From IMG/VR virus record IMGVR_UViG_3300038545_000012: a stretch of DNA of 40,576 nt; one strand, 5' to 3'. Source of the DNA: a virus. Shown here one piece after another: positions 16,380-23,437 of the stretch. Below the pieces are notes generated by a model, which was not told where the DNA came from, ran no database searches, and saw only the letters and a program-made list of their open reading frames with translations. The stretch's first letter is position 1. The number at the start of each line of letters is the position of its first letter. Position numbers and translations under genes: made by a program.

Positions 16380-18671
16380 ATGAAAAGATGGTCAACAGTA
16401 TTGGACTTTATCGCATCAGGCAAAGCGCCAACCAGTGAAACGGTGGTGAGTTTTGAAGGGTGGGCGGTTAAAGGTGACGGTGGCGATTCGCTATGGGTTA
16501 AAACTGGCGGTACGGATACGCCAAGCCAAACACCGACAGTGCGGGGTAGTAACACACTGACTGATTCAGCAGGCTTTATTTATGCGCCTATTGACGGTCA
16601 AGTATTTAGGTTTAATGGTGACACATGGTTTCCTTCGCCGTTTGGTGATTCTGGCGAAGGACTTTATCAGTTTAACGGCACTTCATGGGATTTTTACGAC
16701 CGCGTTGAAAATATCATTACCACTTATGCCGACACTGCCACCATGCAAGCGGCTTCACCTAGTGCGCTAGGCCAAAGAGCAGAAAACCGCGAGCGTGGCT
16801 ACGCGCAATACGAATTGAAAGATTTAGATTACGTGCCACTACCCGGTGATATAACAGCGGCTAACGGTCGCATTTGGGCTTTGCAATTAAACGGCGGCGC
16901 TAATGTATCTTGGTTTGGCGCTGTTGGTGATGATGTTGTTAATGATACTACTGCGTTTGTGAATGCGGCTTCTCGTAGTCAAAAGTTAATTCTAACACCG
17001 AATAAGACTTACAGGGTGGAAGGGTTAGACTTATCAGGAAAGCATGTAGAAGGTAATGGGTCTACGCTAAAGCTAGTGGCAGGAAGTTCCTCTCGATATG
17101 TTGTCGGCAATTTCACTACTTCTGTTCTATACTTAAGGGACTTAATTGCGGACGCGTCAGAAGGCTCACTTGGCAATTACGCGGTGCAAATCGGGAGTGG
17201 GGCATTAAACGCTAAGGGCTGTACTTTCACTGGCGCACAGAACATTTCGGGATTCGGGGACGGTGTTGTTCTTGCGTCTTCAAACTTAGAATCTCGAATA
17301 CTAGACTGCTTCTTCACAGACAACGGCGGCGCAGGTCTTTCTGTACAAGAGACACCTCGTATGCTGGTGGGTAACTGTACAGCAACGGGTAATAGTCAAA
17401 CAGGTTTCCAATTCAACAACTACGACCAAACACTCACTAAAAAAATCCGTAACGTAGTTACCTACGGTTGTGTTTCTAACAGCAACAATAACGGATTTAC
17501 TTACGGCAACCCTTACAACGATAACGACTTCACTGGTGACGACTTCGGCTGGAGTAACGGTGTGGCTAGAAACATAGTTGTGGATAGTTGTATCGCAACT
17601 AATAACACAACATACGGTTTCGCGTTGAGTATGCAAGTAGGCGGGATGTCGAATTGCGTTGCACGAGAAAACGTGTTCGGTGGCGTTCTGGTTAACGGCG
17701 ATGAAATAGGTATTAACAACTGTTTAATCACACGAAACCAGACTTACGGTATTGACATTGGGCACGGTAGAAACGTCACCATGACTGGTGGCGAAGTTTC
17801 TTTCAATTCCACTAGTGGCGGCTCAGCGTTGCTGCTAGAGGCTTGTACATCTATAACTGTGGATGGAACGCATGTATTCTCCAATGGCACGGGGACCAGC
17901 GCGCAGATTGTTATCAACGCTGTCGGTGGTACAGGTGATGGTCGTTACTTCCCATCAAGAGCAGGTACGTTGCACCTCAAGTGTTTCGTAAGAGTGGGAG
18001 CTTCAGAAATCGGCATGGCTGTTAAAGACAATCCCACCAACGTCATAGACGAAAACATCTATGAGGGGCCGACTTCTGCGACGTTTACGAGAGTGCAAGC
18101 TAAATCCCCCAACTATACGAGTAGGTATAATGGAAGGCACAGTAACTCGTTTGTCCCCACCGTTACAAACAATGTAGCTGTGTTCCCCGACATAGCAAAC
18201 AATCTAGTTCTGAACACTACAGACTCGCTCAACAGTATTGAGCCTTACTCTTATAACTACTTCAAAGATAAGGTTGCTTACATCGAAGTGTCTAACGGGG
18301 GGAGTGGTTATACTGTTGGTAACACTACGATGACAATTACAGGAGATGGGACAGGTGCGGTATTGCTTCCTATAATCAATAACGGCGTAATTATTGGGGC
18401 TAGGGTTGACGCTTTTGGTAGCGGATATACAACAGCGTCCGTCACTATAACAGGCGATGGTACAGGCGCGGCAGCAGCGGCAAGTGTTGGTATTCCTTTG
18501 TTTTCAGGCAAGGAGGTGGGGTTATCTCATAACCAAGCGCAAACACTTGTCAGAGCAGGGGCTATTGTGTTGAACAGCCCAACCGCCTCAGACATTAACG
18601 CACCAGCGGCGGGGTATACTACGTTGGTAGAGCGGTTCGGGCAGTGGCTGCTTAAGTCTAAAAACTATTAG
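16380..18671 (+). CDS. Tailspike 2, pectate-lyase-3-type beta-helix, with two GSGYT...ITGDGTGA repeats near the C-terminus
   Basis: NVSWFGAVGDDVVNDTTAFVNAA is the pectate_lyase_3 signature. There are multiple beta-helix rungs. It shares the GDGG..W...TDTPS..P..RG..TLTD..G motif with tailspike 1. Confidence 0.75.
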   Translation: MKRWSTVLDFIASGKAPTSETVVSFEGWAVKGDGGDSLWVKTGGTDTPSQTPTVRGSNTLTDSAGFIYAPIDGQVFRFNGDTWFPSPFGDSGEGLYQFNGTSWDFYDRVENIITTYADTATMQAASPSALGQRAENRERGYAQYELKDLDYVPLPGDITAANGRIWALQLNGGANVSWFGAVGDDVVNDTTAFVNAASRSQKLILTPNKTYRVEGLDLSGKHVEGNGSTLKLVAGSSSRYVVGNFTTSVLYLRDLIADASEGSLGNYAVQIGSGALNAKGCTFTGAQNISGFGDGVVLASSNLESRILDCFFTDNGGAGLSVQETPRMLVGNCTATGNSQTGFQFNNYDQTLTKKIRNVVTYGCVSNSNNNGFTYGNPYNDNDFTGDDFGWSNGVARNIVVDSCIATNNTTYGFALSMQVGGMSNCVARENVFGGVLVNGDEIGINNCLITRNQTYGIDIGHGRNVTMTGGEVSFNSTSGGSALLLEACTSITVDGTHVFSNGTGTSAQIVINAVGGTGDGRYFPSRAGTLHLKCFVRVGASEIGMAVKDNPTNVIDENIYEGPTSATFTRVQAKSPNYTSRYNGRHSNSFVPTVTNNVAVFPDIANNLVLNTTDSLNSIEPYSYNYFKDKVAYIEVSNGGSGYTVGNTTMTITGDGTGAVLLPIINNGVIIGARVDAFGSGYTTASVTITGDGTGAAAAASVGIPLFSGKEVGLSHNQAQTLVRAGAIVLNSPTASDINAPAAGYTTLVERFGQWLLKSKNY

Positions 18672-18679
18672 GACTTCTA

Positions 18680-18832
18680 ATGAACGCTAAACTATTGGGA
18701 ATGATGCATAAGCGAATGGGAAAAAGTATTCACTACAACCCATACAGAAATAAAGGCACGGCTAAACAGTTTAATGCTTGGCTAGAAGGCTACAACCGCC
18801 GAAGCGAACATGCGTCGCAATGGTTAAAATAG
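18680..18832 (+). CDS. Small basic protein (50 aa, hand-translated), possibly RMF-like
   Basis: MNAKLLGMMHKRMGKSIHYNPYRNKGTAKQFNAWLEGYNRRSEHASQWLK. The G...G....NPY.......W.EGY pattern recalls ribosome modulation factor. The RBS is weak. Confidence 0.35.
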   Translation: MNAKLLGMMHKRMGKSIHYNPYRNKGTAKQFNAWLEGYNRRSEHASQWLK

Positions 18833-18836
18833 AAAC

Positions 18837-18860
18837 AAGCCCCTTTATCGGGGCTTTTTA
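18837..18860 (+). terminator. Rho-independent terminator after the tail genes
   Basis: AAGCCCC-TTTATC-GGGGCTT followed by TTTA. Confidence 0.75.
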
Positions 18861-18904
18861 TTGTGTTAGCATTTAGTGACTTTTATGACAATGAGGACAG
18901 AGTA

Positions 18905-18964
18905 ATGTCAACCCGTACAGATGGCAGAAAAAAGACCACAGGTAAGAAGCCTGCTAAAAAATGA
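18905..18964 (+). CDS. 19-aa Lys/Arg-rich peptide (MSTRTDGRKKTTGKKPAKK), coupled to the next gene
   Basis: GAGGA lies 8 nt upstream of the ATG. Its stop overlaps the ATG of 18961 (ATGA). The ORF is very short, so this is speculative. Confidence 0.3.
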   Translation: MSTRTDGRKKTTGKKPAKK

Positions 18965-19416
18965 ACGATTACTGCATACTAGCAGCCTATGCAGTTATTT
19001 TAGGCTTCTCTAAATCAAAAGATAGCTTGCTCCTGTTAATCTGCTTTGGGGCAAGCGTCTTGTACATGAATGAAAATTCACACCCCGCGTGGATTGACCA
19101 CTTAATTATTTCACTCGCTTTCCTACCAGCCGTAGTTTTAACTACAAAGTGGGTAGCAATATCATCTCTGTGTTACACTATTTTTCAATGGGCCACTTCT
19201 GGCGAGTACATACTTTCAGAAACTAGTGAATACCTAATAGGCAACTTTAGTGAATTAGCCATTGGTATAAACTTATTGATAATGGTGTCACTTATCTATG
19301 AGCGCTATAATTACAACTATCATACAGATTCTATGTTGGGCGATAGTTGGGTTATTAATTTATGTATTCGTCATTTTCAGATTTTCTCGAAGAAAAAAGG
19401 GGAAGGTCAATGCTAG
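18961..19416 (+). CDS. Polytopic membrane protein (151 aa, about 4 TM segments)
   Basis: ORF in the track with hydrophobic stretches. It is AT-rich and is the first long gene of the lysis cassette. Confidence 0.5.
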   Translation: MNDYCILAAYAVILGFSKSKDSLLLLICFGASVLYMNENSHPAWIDHLIISLAFLPAVVLTTKWVAISSLCYTIFQWATSGEYILSETSEYLIGNFSELAIGINLLIMVSLIYERYNYNYHTDSMLGDSWVINLCIRHFQIFSKKKGEGQC

Positions 19417-19709
19417 CGGAATGGCTGATAAAGATAAGTGATTATGGTGATGCTGCATTAAGCAAAGGCATTCATCATTTTGGCGTTATGGTTGGCATAG
19501 CTGGCGGAACAGCTGTAAATGTTGCTGGCAAAACAATTGATGCAACACAAAGCCCTATCACAGCTTTTGTGCTTGAGTATGGAGGCTTGGTCACTCTTAT
19601 AGCTGGCGTTATGCTGGCTCTCAAAAACCTCACTGACATGTGCCTTTCTATACTCAAGGCGTATTGGGAGAGGAAGGATAAGTCTAATGAGCAAATTCCA
19701 CCTGAGTAA
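19410..19709 (+). CDS. Putative holin (99 aa, 2 TM, charged C-terminus)
   Basis: ATG 19410 is preceded by AAAGGGGAAGG. The protein has two hydrophobic helices and the tail KAYWERKDKSNEQIPPE. It lies immediately upstream of the endolysin. Confidence 0.5.
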   Translation: MLAEWLIKISDYGDAALSKGIHHFGVMVGIAGGTAVNVAGKTIDATQSPITAFVLEYGGLVTLIAGVMLALKNLTDMCLSILKAYWERKDKSNEQIPPE

Positions 19710-20079
19710 AACCTCACTACGAAACCTCGACGGTGTCCATCCTGAGTTAGTGGATGTTGTTAAACTCGCGATTCAACTAACAAAGATAGATTTCGGCATA
19801 CCGTCAACGGGCGGTTACCGTACCGCAGAAACGCAGCACAAGCTATTCTTAGATGGTAAATCAAAAGCCGACGGATACGACAATAAATCATACCACCAAA
19901 CAGGTAACGCAGTAGACGTATTTGCTTATGTTGACGGTAAGGCTAGCTGGCAACCAGAGCACCTTTCACAAGTTGCCTGTGCGATGTTAGAGGCTGCGAT
20001 TAGGCTTGATGTTAATCTTAGATGGGGTGGTCACTTCAAGAGTTTTATTGATATGCCACATTTTGAGAGGGTTGGATGA
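19687..20079 (+). CDS. Endolysin, peptidase M15 (L-alanyl-D-glutamate peptidase/VanY-like)
   Basis: VHPELVDVVKLA..DFGIPSTGGYRT, KSYHQTGNAVDV and GGHF...DMPHFE parallel my recollection of the T5 endolysin zinc-binding motifs. Confidence 0.85.
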   Translation: MSKFHLSKTSLRNLDGVHPELVDVVKLAIQLTKIDFGIPSTGGYRTAETQHKLFLDGKSKADGYDNKSYHQTGNAVDVFAYVDGKASWQPEHLSQVACAMLEAAIRLDVNLRWGGHFKSFIDMPHFERVG

Positions 20080-20186
20080 TGATTAATGAAGAAGATTGGG
20101 GATTTTGCGTAACTAACGAAGAATTGTGGGATTCACCTGTTGGTGATGTATTGCCACCATTAATTGATGGTTGGGATGATATATAA
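20076..20186 (+). CDS. 36-aa acidic peptide (MMINEEDWGFCVTNEELWDSPVGDVLPPLIDGWDDI)
   Basis: Hand-translated. GAGAGGG is the RBS. It overlaps the upstream stop (ATGATGA) and the downstream start (TAATG). Confidence 0.4.
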   Translation: MMINEEDWGFCVTNEELWDSPVGDVLPPLIDGWDDI

Positions 20187-20641
20187 TGGAAAACCCAATA
20201 ACAGCAGTATTGAGCTTTATAGCAAAACCATTCGCTGACGCTGTTGGTAATTGGCAAGCGCGCAAAAACATGGTTGTTCAGCGCGAAACTGCAAAAGTCG
20301 AAAGTCAGTTGAGAATAGAAGAGGCAACCAGTAATGCCATCATTCACCGGGTGCAAACGGCTGATGATAACGATTTTCTGCTTGACATACGCGCACAGGA
20401 AAATAAAAAGACTTCATTTATAGATGAGCTGTTGATTATCTACTGGCTTTCTATCGTAACCATGCACTTTATACCAGCTACACAGCCTTACATGTTTGAT
20501 GGTTGGGATGCTATCGAGAAAGCACCTATGTGGTTTCAGATTGGTATAATCATTATTATGGTTACCACGATGGGCGGCATGCGTATTTTGCGCCTGTTCA
20601 CTGACAAGGCTAATTTTAAAGGCGTGTTAGGATTGAAATAA
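20186..20641 (+). CDS. Lysis-cassette membrane protein (151 aa; amphipathic N-terminus, 2-3 C-terminal TM segments)
   Basis: ORF in the track. The architecture is reminiscent of GTA-type 3-TM holins. It has no lipobox and no Rz-like layout. Confidence 0.35.
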   Translation: MENPITAVLSFIAKPFADAVGNWQARKNMVVQRETAKVESQLRIEEATSNAIIHRVQTADDNDFLLDIRAQENKKTSFIDELLIIYWLSIVTMHFIPATQPYMFDGWDAIEKAPMWFQIGIIIIMVTTMGGMRILRLFTDKANFKGVLGLK

Positions 20642-20658
20642 CCCCGCTATTTGCGGGG
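20642..20658. terminator. Hairpin CCCCGC-TATTT-GCGGGG between the convergent late and leftward operons
   Basis: Read directly. A U-rich tract (UUAUUU) follows on the minus strand only. Confidence 0.55.
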
Positions 20659-20808
20659 CTCATCGATGATATAATTTATTGCTGTGCAAGTTGAGCCGTA
20701 AACAAAAAATACAAACCCCCAAGTTAAATTACTAGATTCAATGCAATGCAGAATCAAACCTATAGCTACATATAAAATTATCTGAACAAAAAACGTTACA
20801 CATTTCAC
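20647..20808 (-). CDS. 53-aa two-TM membrane peptide (hand-translated, GTG start)
   Basis: MKCVTFFVQIILYVAIGLILHCIESSNLTWGFVFFVYGSTCTAINYIIDEPRK. Its GTG overlaps the upstream stop (GTGA). Confidence 0.4.
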   Translation of the reverse strand: MKCVTFFVQIILYVAIGLILHCIESSNLTWGFVFFVYGSTCTAINYIIDEPRK

Positions 20809-21017
20809 GCCCAAACCTCCACGCCTAAACCAATAACTACAAACATAATGAAAGCCAATGTGAGCAAATCGGTTGATACGGACAGAATTTTAAAAGCTCT
20901 AAACTTCTTCGGTGTTATCTTGTCTACGGGCGTACTTTTCCCAATCGCCCACTTGATAGCACCAACTAACACAGCCACAAGCGCAATAGTAAAAGTTATT
21001 TTCCAGTATGTGAGCAT
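20805..21017 (-). CDS. 70-aa two-TM membrane protein
   Basis: ATG 21017 is preceded by AAGGAG at 6 nt. The track ORF extends to 21041. Confidence 0.55.
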   Translation of the reverse strand: MLTYWKITFTIALVAVLVGAIKWAIGKSTPVDKITPKKFRAFKILSVSTDLLTLAFIMFVVIGLGVEVWA

Positions 21018-21018
21018 G

Positions 21019-21303
21019 TTATTCTCCTTTTTCTCCAACAATATGGCATCCCGTTATCGTCAGCCCAGAGACCCAAGGGGCAACTCGTATGTTTTTAAAT
21101 TTGCACCCAGAAATAAAAGAATAATTAATGGTCACAAAAACGCTAATCTCAGGACTATATTCTTTTTCAACCATGTTTAAGGCTAGCTTTGCATTTTCAG
21201 CTTTTAGATAATCAAGCATAAATTCACTACAACTAGACTTAAATTCTTCAAATTCTGACTTATCTATTGCACCAAGCATTTTAAGTATCAGTTTTTTTAT
21301 CAT
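21019..21303 (-). CDS. Hypothetical protein (94 aa)
   Basis: ORF in the track, tightly packed with its neighbours. Confidence 0.5.
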   Translation of the reverse strand: MIKKLILKMLGAIDKSEFEEFKSSCSEFMLDYLKAENAKLALNMVEKEYSPEISVFVTINYSFISGCKFKNIRVAPWVSGLTITGCHIVGEKGE

Positions 21304-21304
21304 G

Positions 21305-21487
21305 TTATTCTCCCTTGGGCGGCGCAGGAAGTGGCATCCAGTGTGTAATAAACCCGTTTGAATTATTCCACTCGCCGTTAAACCAAGTTGCTGTGTAAAT
21401 GGTCATATAAACGCTTCTTGGGTTATACACAGTGTAATCACCTGTTACATCAGGCAATCTATCCTTAACGCTTATCCATTCACTCAT
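21305..21487 (-). CDS. DUF551-family protein (60 aa)
   Basis: MSEWISVKDRLPD...THWMPLPAPP is the DUF551 signature. GGAGG lies 6 nt upstream of ATG 21487. Confidence 0.7.
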   Translation of the reverse strand: MSEWISVKDRLPDVTGDYTVYNPRSVYMTIYTATWFNGEWNNSNGFITHWMPLPAPPKGE

Positions 21488-21687
21488 ATCAGCCTCCAAA
21501 ATAAAAAACTGGCTGCGGTAAAAGCATAGCAAGATACATCGACCACAAGAAAAGTCACTCGTTACTATGCCGCACATCAAGTATAGTTAAAAGAAATCCG
21601 CAACCAGTGTTAAAAAATTGCCACCCAGCACCGACCGTGTTGAAGAGTAGGTTTTTGGCATTATTGCCATGCTAGGTGGCGTGAAAC

Positions 21688-21870
21688 TTAAACTAACTCC
21701 ACTGACTCGCAGCGATACCAAGCCAAATCGTTATCATCATCGCAATAGCAAACGCCAATTAGAGCCTCGCCAAAGTTAACGGAAGCAATTGGGTATAAAG
21801 AGTCGTCTTCTAGTACCTTGCACTTCATACCGTAGCCCCATTTAGTTGCATCAAATTCTTCTCTAGTCAC
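21688..21870 (-). CDS. Hypothetical protein (60 aa, GTG start)
   Basis: ORF in the track with GGAG upstream. Confidence 0.45.
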   Translation of the reverse strand: MTREEFDATKWGYGMKCKVLEDDSLYPIASVNFGEALIGVCYCDDDNDLAWYRCESVELV

Positions 21871-21879
21871 AATCTTCTC

Positions 21880-21975
21880 CTAAATCAAACCCGTCAAATA
21901 AATACACGTACAAGTTAAAACAGCCACGCCTATACGAAATAACCAAACGCCTCTATGTAAATCTGTGCTTCTCAT
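21880..21975 (-). CDS. 31-aa membrane peptide (MRSTDLHRGVWLFRIGVAVLTCTCIYLTGLI)
   Basis: Hand-translated codon by codon. AAGGAG lies 7 nt upstream. Confidence 0.45.
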   Translation of the reverse strand: MRSTDLHRGVWLFRIGVAVLTCTCIYLTGLI

Positions 21976-22010
21976 GTGTCACTCCTTGTGAGCTACTGCG
22001 CGGCTGCTCG

Positions 22011-22184
22011 TTAGATTATGCTACCGTCCAAAACGTCGGCTGCGAACTTTTCAATCAACTCCACGGATACAATTTCACCTGCTGGAAGTTGATGAGTTTG
22101 AAAGCTATTGCGAAGGTACGAAACCATCTCGCGAATAACTTCCGCTTTCTTTTCTTTATCTTCTGAAAATCTATACTGGCTCAT
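22011..22184 (-). CDS. Hypothetical protein (57 aa)
   Basis: ATG 22184 overlaps the stop of the upstream gene (ATGA). The track ORF extends to 22196. Confidence 0.5.
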   Translation of the reverse strand: MSQYRFSEDKEKKAEVIREMVSYLRNSFQTHQLPAGEIVSVELIEKFAADVLDGSII

Positions 22185-22429
22185 TCTAAACCCCATTTAT
22201 TATCAAAATCCACAAGCGCCACTTTAGACTTTCCATGCTCGCACTTAATCACCCCAAGATACTGCATTACGGCAAGCGTCTCGCGCATGGTTGTTCTGTG
22301 AAAGCCAACCTCCAAGACCATGTGGCGCTCAGAGATTAGCTTTTGCCCCTTATCAACCCTGCCGCCGTGTGCCTGTGCAATCCAGCGTATACGCTCATCT
22401 ATGCGCTGCTTGTAGGTTTGGCGGTTCAT
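22181..22429 (-). CDS. Stand-alone GntR-type winged-helix DNA-binding protein (82 aa)
   Basis: LISERHMVLEVGFHRTTMRETLAVMQYLGVIKCEHGKSKV follows the GntR HTH pattern (SER..L.....SR.TVREAL..L...G.I....G.G). There is no effector domain. Confidence 0.6.
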   Translation of the reverse strand: MNRQTYKQRIDERIRWIAQAHGGRVDKGQKLISERHMVLEVGFHRTTMRETLAVMQYLGVIKCEHGKSKVALVDFDNKWGLE

Positions 22430-22569
22430 GCTAGTGACAAGCCTCTAATTCTGCCCATGTTGTGCCCCATGTCGCGCAGATTACTTAATGCCTCCATTCT
22501 GCTTGCGGCGCTTACGTTTACAGTCTCAAGTTTTAAACCGTATTCAAAGGTAGCTTTAAATTTAATCAT
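22426..22569 (-). CDS. Hypothetical 47-aa protein (hand-translated)
   Basis: MIKFKATFEYGLKLETVNVSAASRMEALSNLRDMGHNMGRIRGLSLA. It is preceded by GGAGATTGAAAGA, and its stop overlaps the next ATG. Confidence 0.5.
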   Translation of the reverse strand: MIKFKATFEYGLKLETVNVSAASRMEALSNLRDMGHNMGRIRGLSLA

Positions 22570-22597
22570 TCTTTCAATCTCCATTTCAATCAATCAA

Positions 22598-22626
22598 CAC
22601 CCACACAATAACACTAAATGTGGGTG
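22598..22626 (-). other. 8-bp-stem hairpin (CACCCACA / TGTGGGTG, 13-nt loop) adjacent to element copy b
   Basis: Read directly. On the transcribed minus strand it lies between the element and the RBS. Confidence 0.6.
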
Positions 22627-22647
22627 CAACAGATTAGACCAGTTAGA
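22626..22647 (+). repeat. Copy (b) of the conserved intergenic element (..AACAGATTAGACCAGTTAGA)
   Basis: 22628..22647 is the exact reverse complement of 31465..31484 (20 nt). Confidence 0.8.
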
Positions 22648-22840
22648 GTTTTTCACGCAAGAATAAATGCGCATTCATGCAAAGCCAAATAAACAGCATA
22701 AATGGAATCGTCACAGGCCAAAGAATGCAGCATATCCATTGCACGACAATTTCAAAGCCATCGTTTGTATTTTGCGTTTTGTAAACGGCAATTAAGCAGG
22801 CCGCAAATATAATTATGTATGTTGCCATTATTAAAATCAC
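22643..22840 (-). CDS. Small two-TM membrane protein (61-65 aa)
   Basis: ORF in the track. Likely ATG at 22828, or GTG at 22840. Confidence 0.5.
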   Translation of the reverse strand: MILIMATYIIIFAACLIAVYKTQNTNDGFEIVVQWICCILWPVTIPFMLFIWLCMNAHLFLREKL

Positions 22841-22989
22841 GACTCATACACTCCCGTTTCAATTACTTTGTTGTAGCCCTCAGACTGGTAATGCTCACCA
22901 GTTGGTCCGTTTTGTCCGATGCGCTCAATACGCTCATCAGTGGGCCAGTCAAATTCTGTTATTTGCTTTTCTATGTCTTGTAGTGTCAT
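22837..22989 (-). CDS. Hypothetical 50-aa protein (MTLQDIEKQITEFDWPTDERIERIGQNGPTGEHYQSEGYNKVIETGVYES)
   Basis: Hand-translated. Its ATG overlaps the MazG stop (TAATG). An IGQNG..GEHY motif recurs in small phage proteins as far as I recall. Confidence 0.45.
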   Translation of the reverse strand: MTLQDIEKQITEFDWPTDERIERIGQNGPTGEHYQSEGYNKVIETGVYES

Positions 22990-23345
22990 TAATACTTCTT
23001 CCCGTTTTCTTTTGCGCGATTCTCTGGCTTATGGTCTGGCCTGTTGGCGTTATAAGCCATCTTTTCAACTATAGCACCTCCCAAGTCCATTCCAGCAGCT
23101 CCAGCTAAGTCGAATATACGAATAACGGTATCAGCTAATTCAACCTCATCCATTCTTCTATGTGGTAATTTATCATCCATAAGGTTTTTGCGATTTCCCT
23201 CCATAGCCTCGCTAACCTCTGAGTGGATAAGGGCTAGCTTTGTTGCAAACACAAAAGGATTGTTAATATCCACACCATCCCACCATCCTGCATTGGTTGC
23301 TGCTGTGTGACATCTTATTACTGCGTTGTTTATTTCAGTTTTCAT
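22989..23345 (-). CDS. mazG: MazG-like nucleotide pyrophosphohydrolase
   Basis: The EVSEAMEG (ExxE) and DEVELADTVIRIFD (ExxD) motifs are typical of all-alpha NTP-PPases. Confidence 0.75.
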   Translation of the reverse strand: MKTEINNAVIRCHTAATNAGWWDGVDINNPFVFATKLALIHSEVSEAMEGNRKNLMDDKLPHRRMDEVELADTVIRIFDLAGAAGMDLGGAIVEKMAYNANRPDHKPENRAKENGKKY

Positions 23346-23419
23346 CTTCCCTCACTTGGGCGCGTGGTGCGCCCTGTTAATTCAATTTAAAACGGTATGC
23401 CGATTATTCTCTATATGTT

Positions 23420-23437
23420 GACTAGCCGAAGCTAGTC
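23420..23437 (-). other. 7-bp hairpin with a UUCG tetraloop on the transcribed strand, spanning the SSB-like stop codon
   Basis: GACTAGC-CGAA-GCTAGTC on the plus strand, which gives a UUCG loop on the minus strand. Confidence 0.5.

Noticed and set aside
20334-20372. Lipobox-like peptide MPSFTGCKRLMI in an alternative frame of the last lysis gene (possible embedded Rz1-type o-spanin)
   Set aside because: Only five residues follow the Cys before a stop codon. That is far too short for an o-spanin.
20738-20803. 21-aa Cys-rich minus-strand ORF starting at ATG 20803
   Set aside because: A different frame starting at the coupled GTG 20808 gives a more convincing 53-aa two-TM protein. The 21-aa frame has no supporting features.
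22343-23108. Plus-strand ORFs 22343..22666 (107 aa) and 22815..23108 (97 aa)
   Set aside because: They run against the tightly coupled leftward operon and cover hand-verified minus-strand ORFs that have good RBSs. Their compositions are Leu/Cys/Ser-rich shadows.
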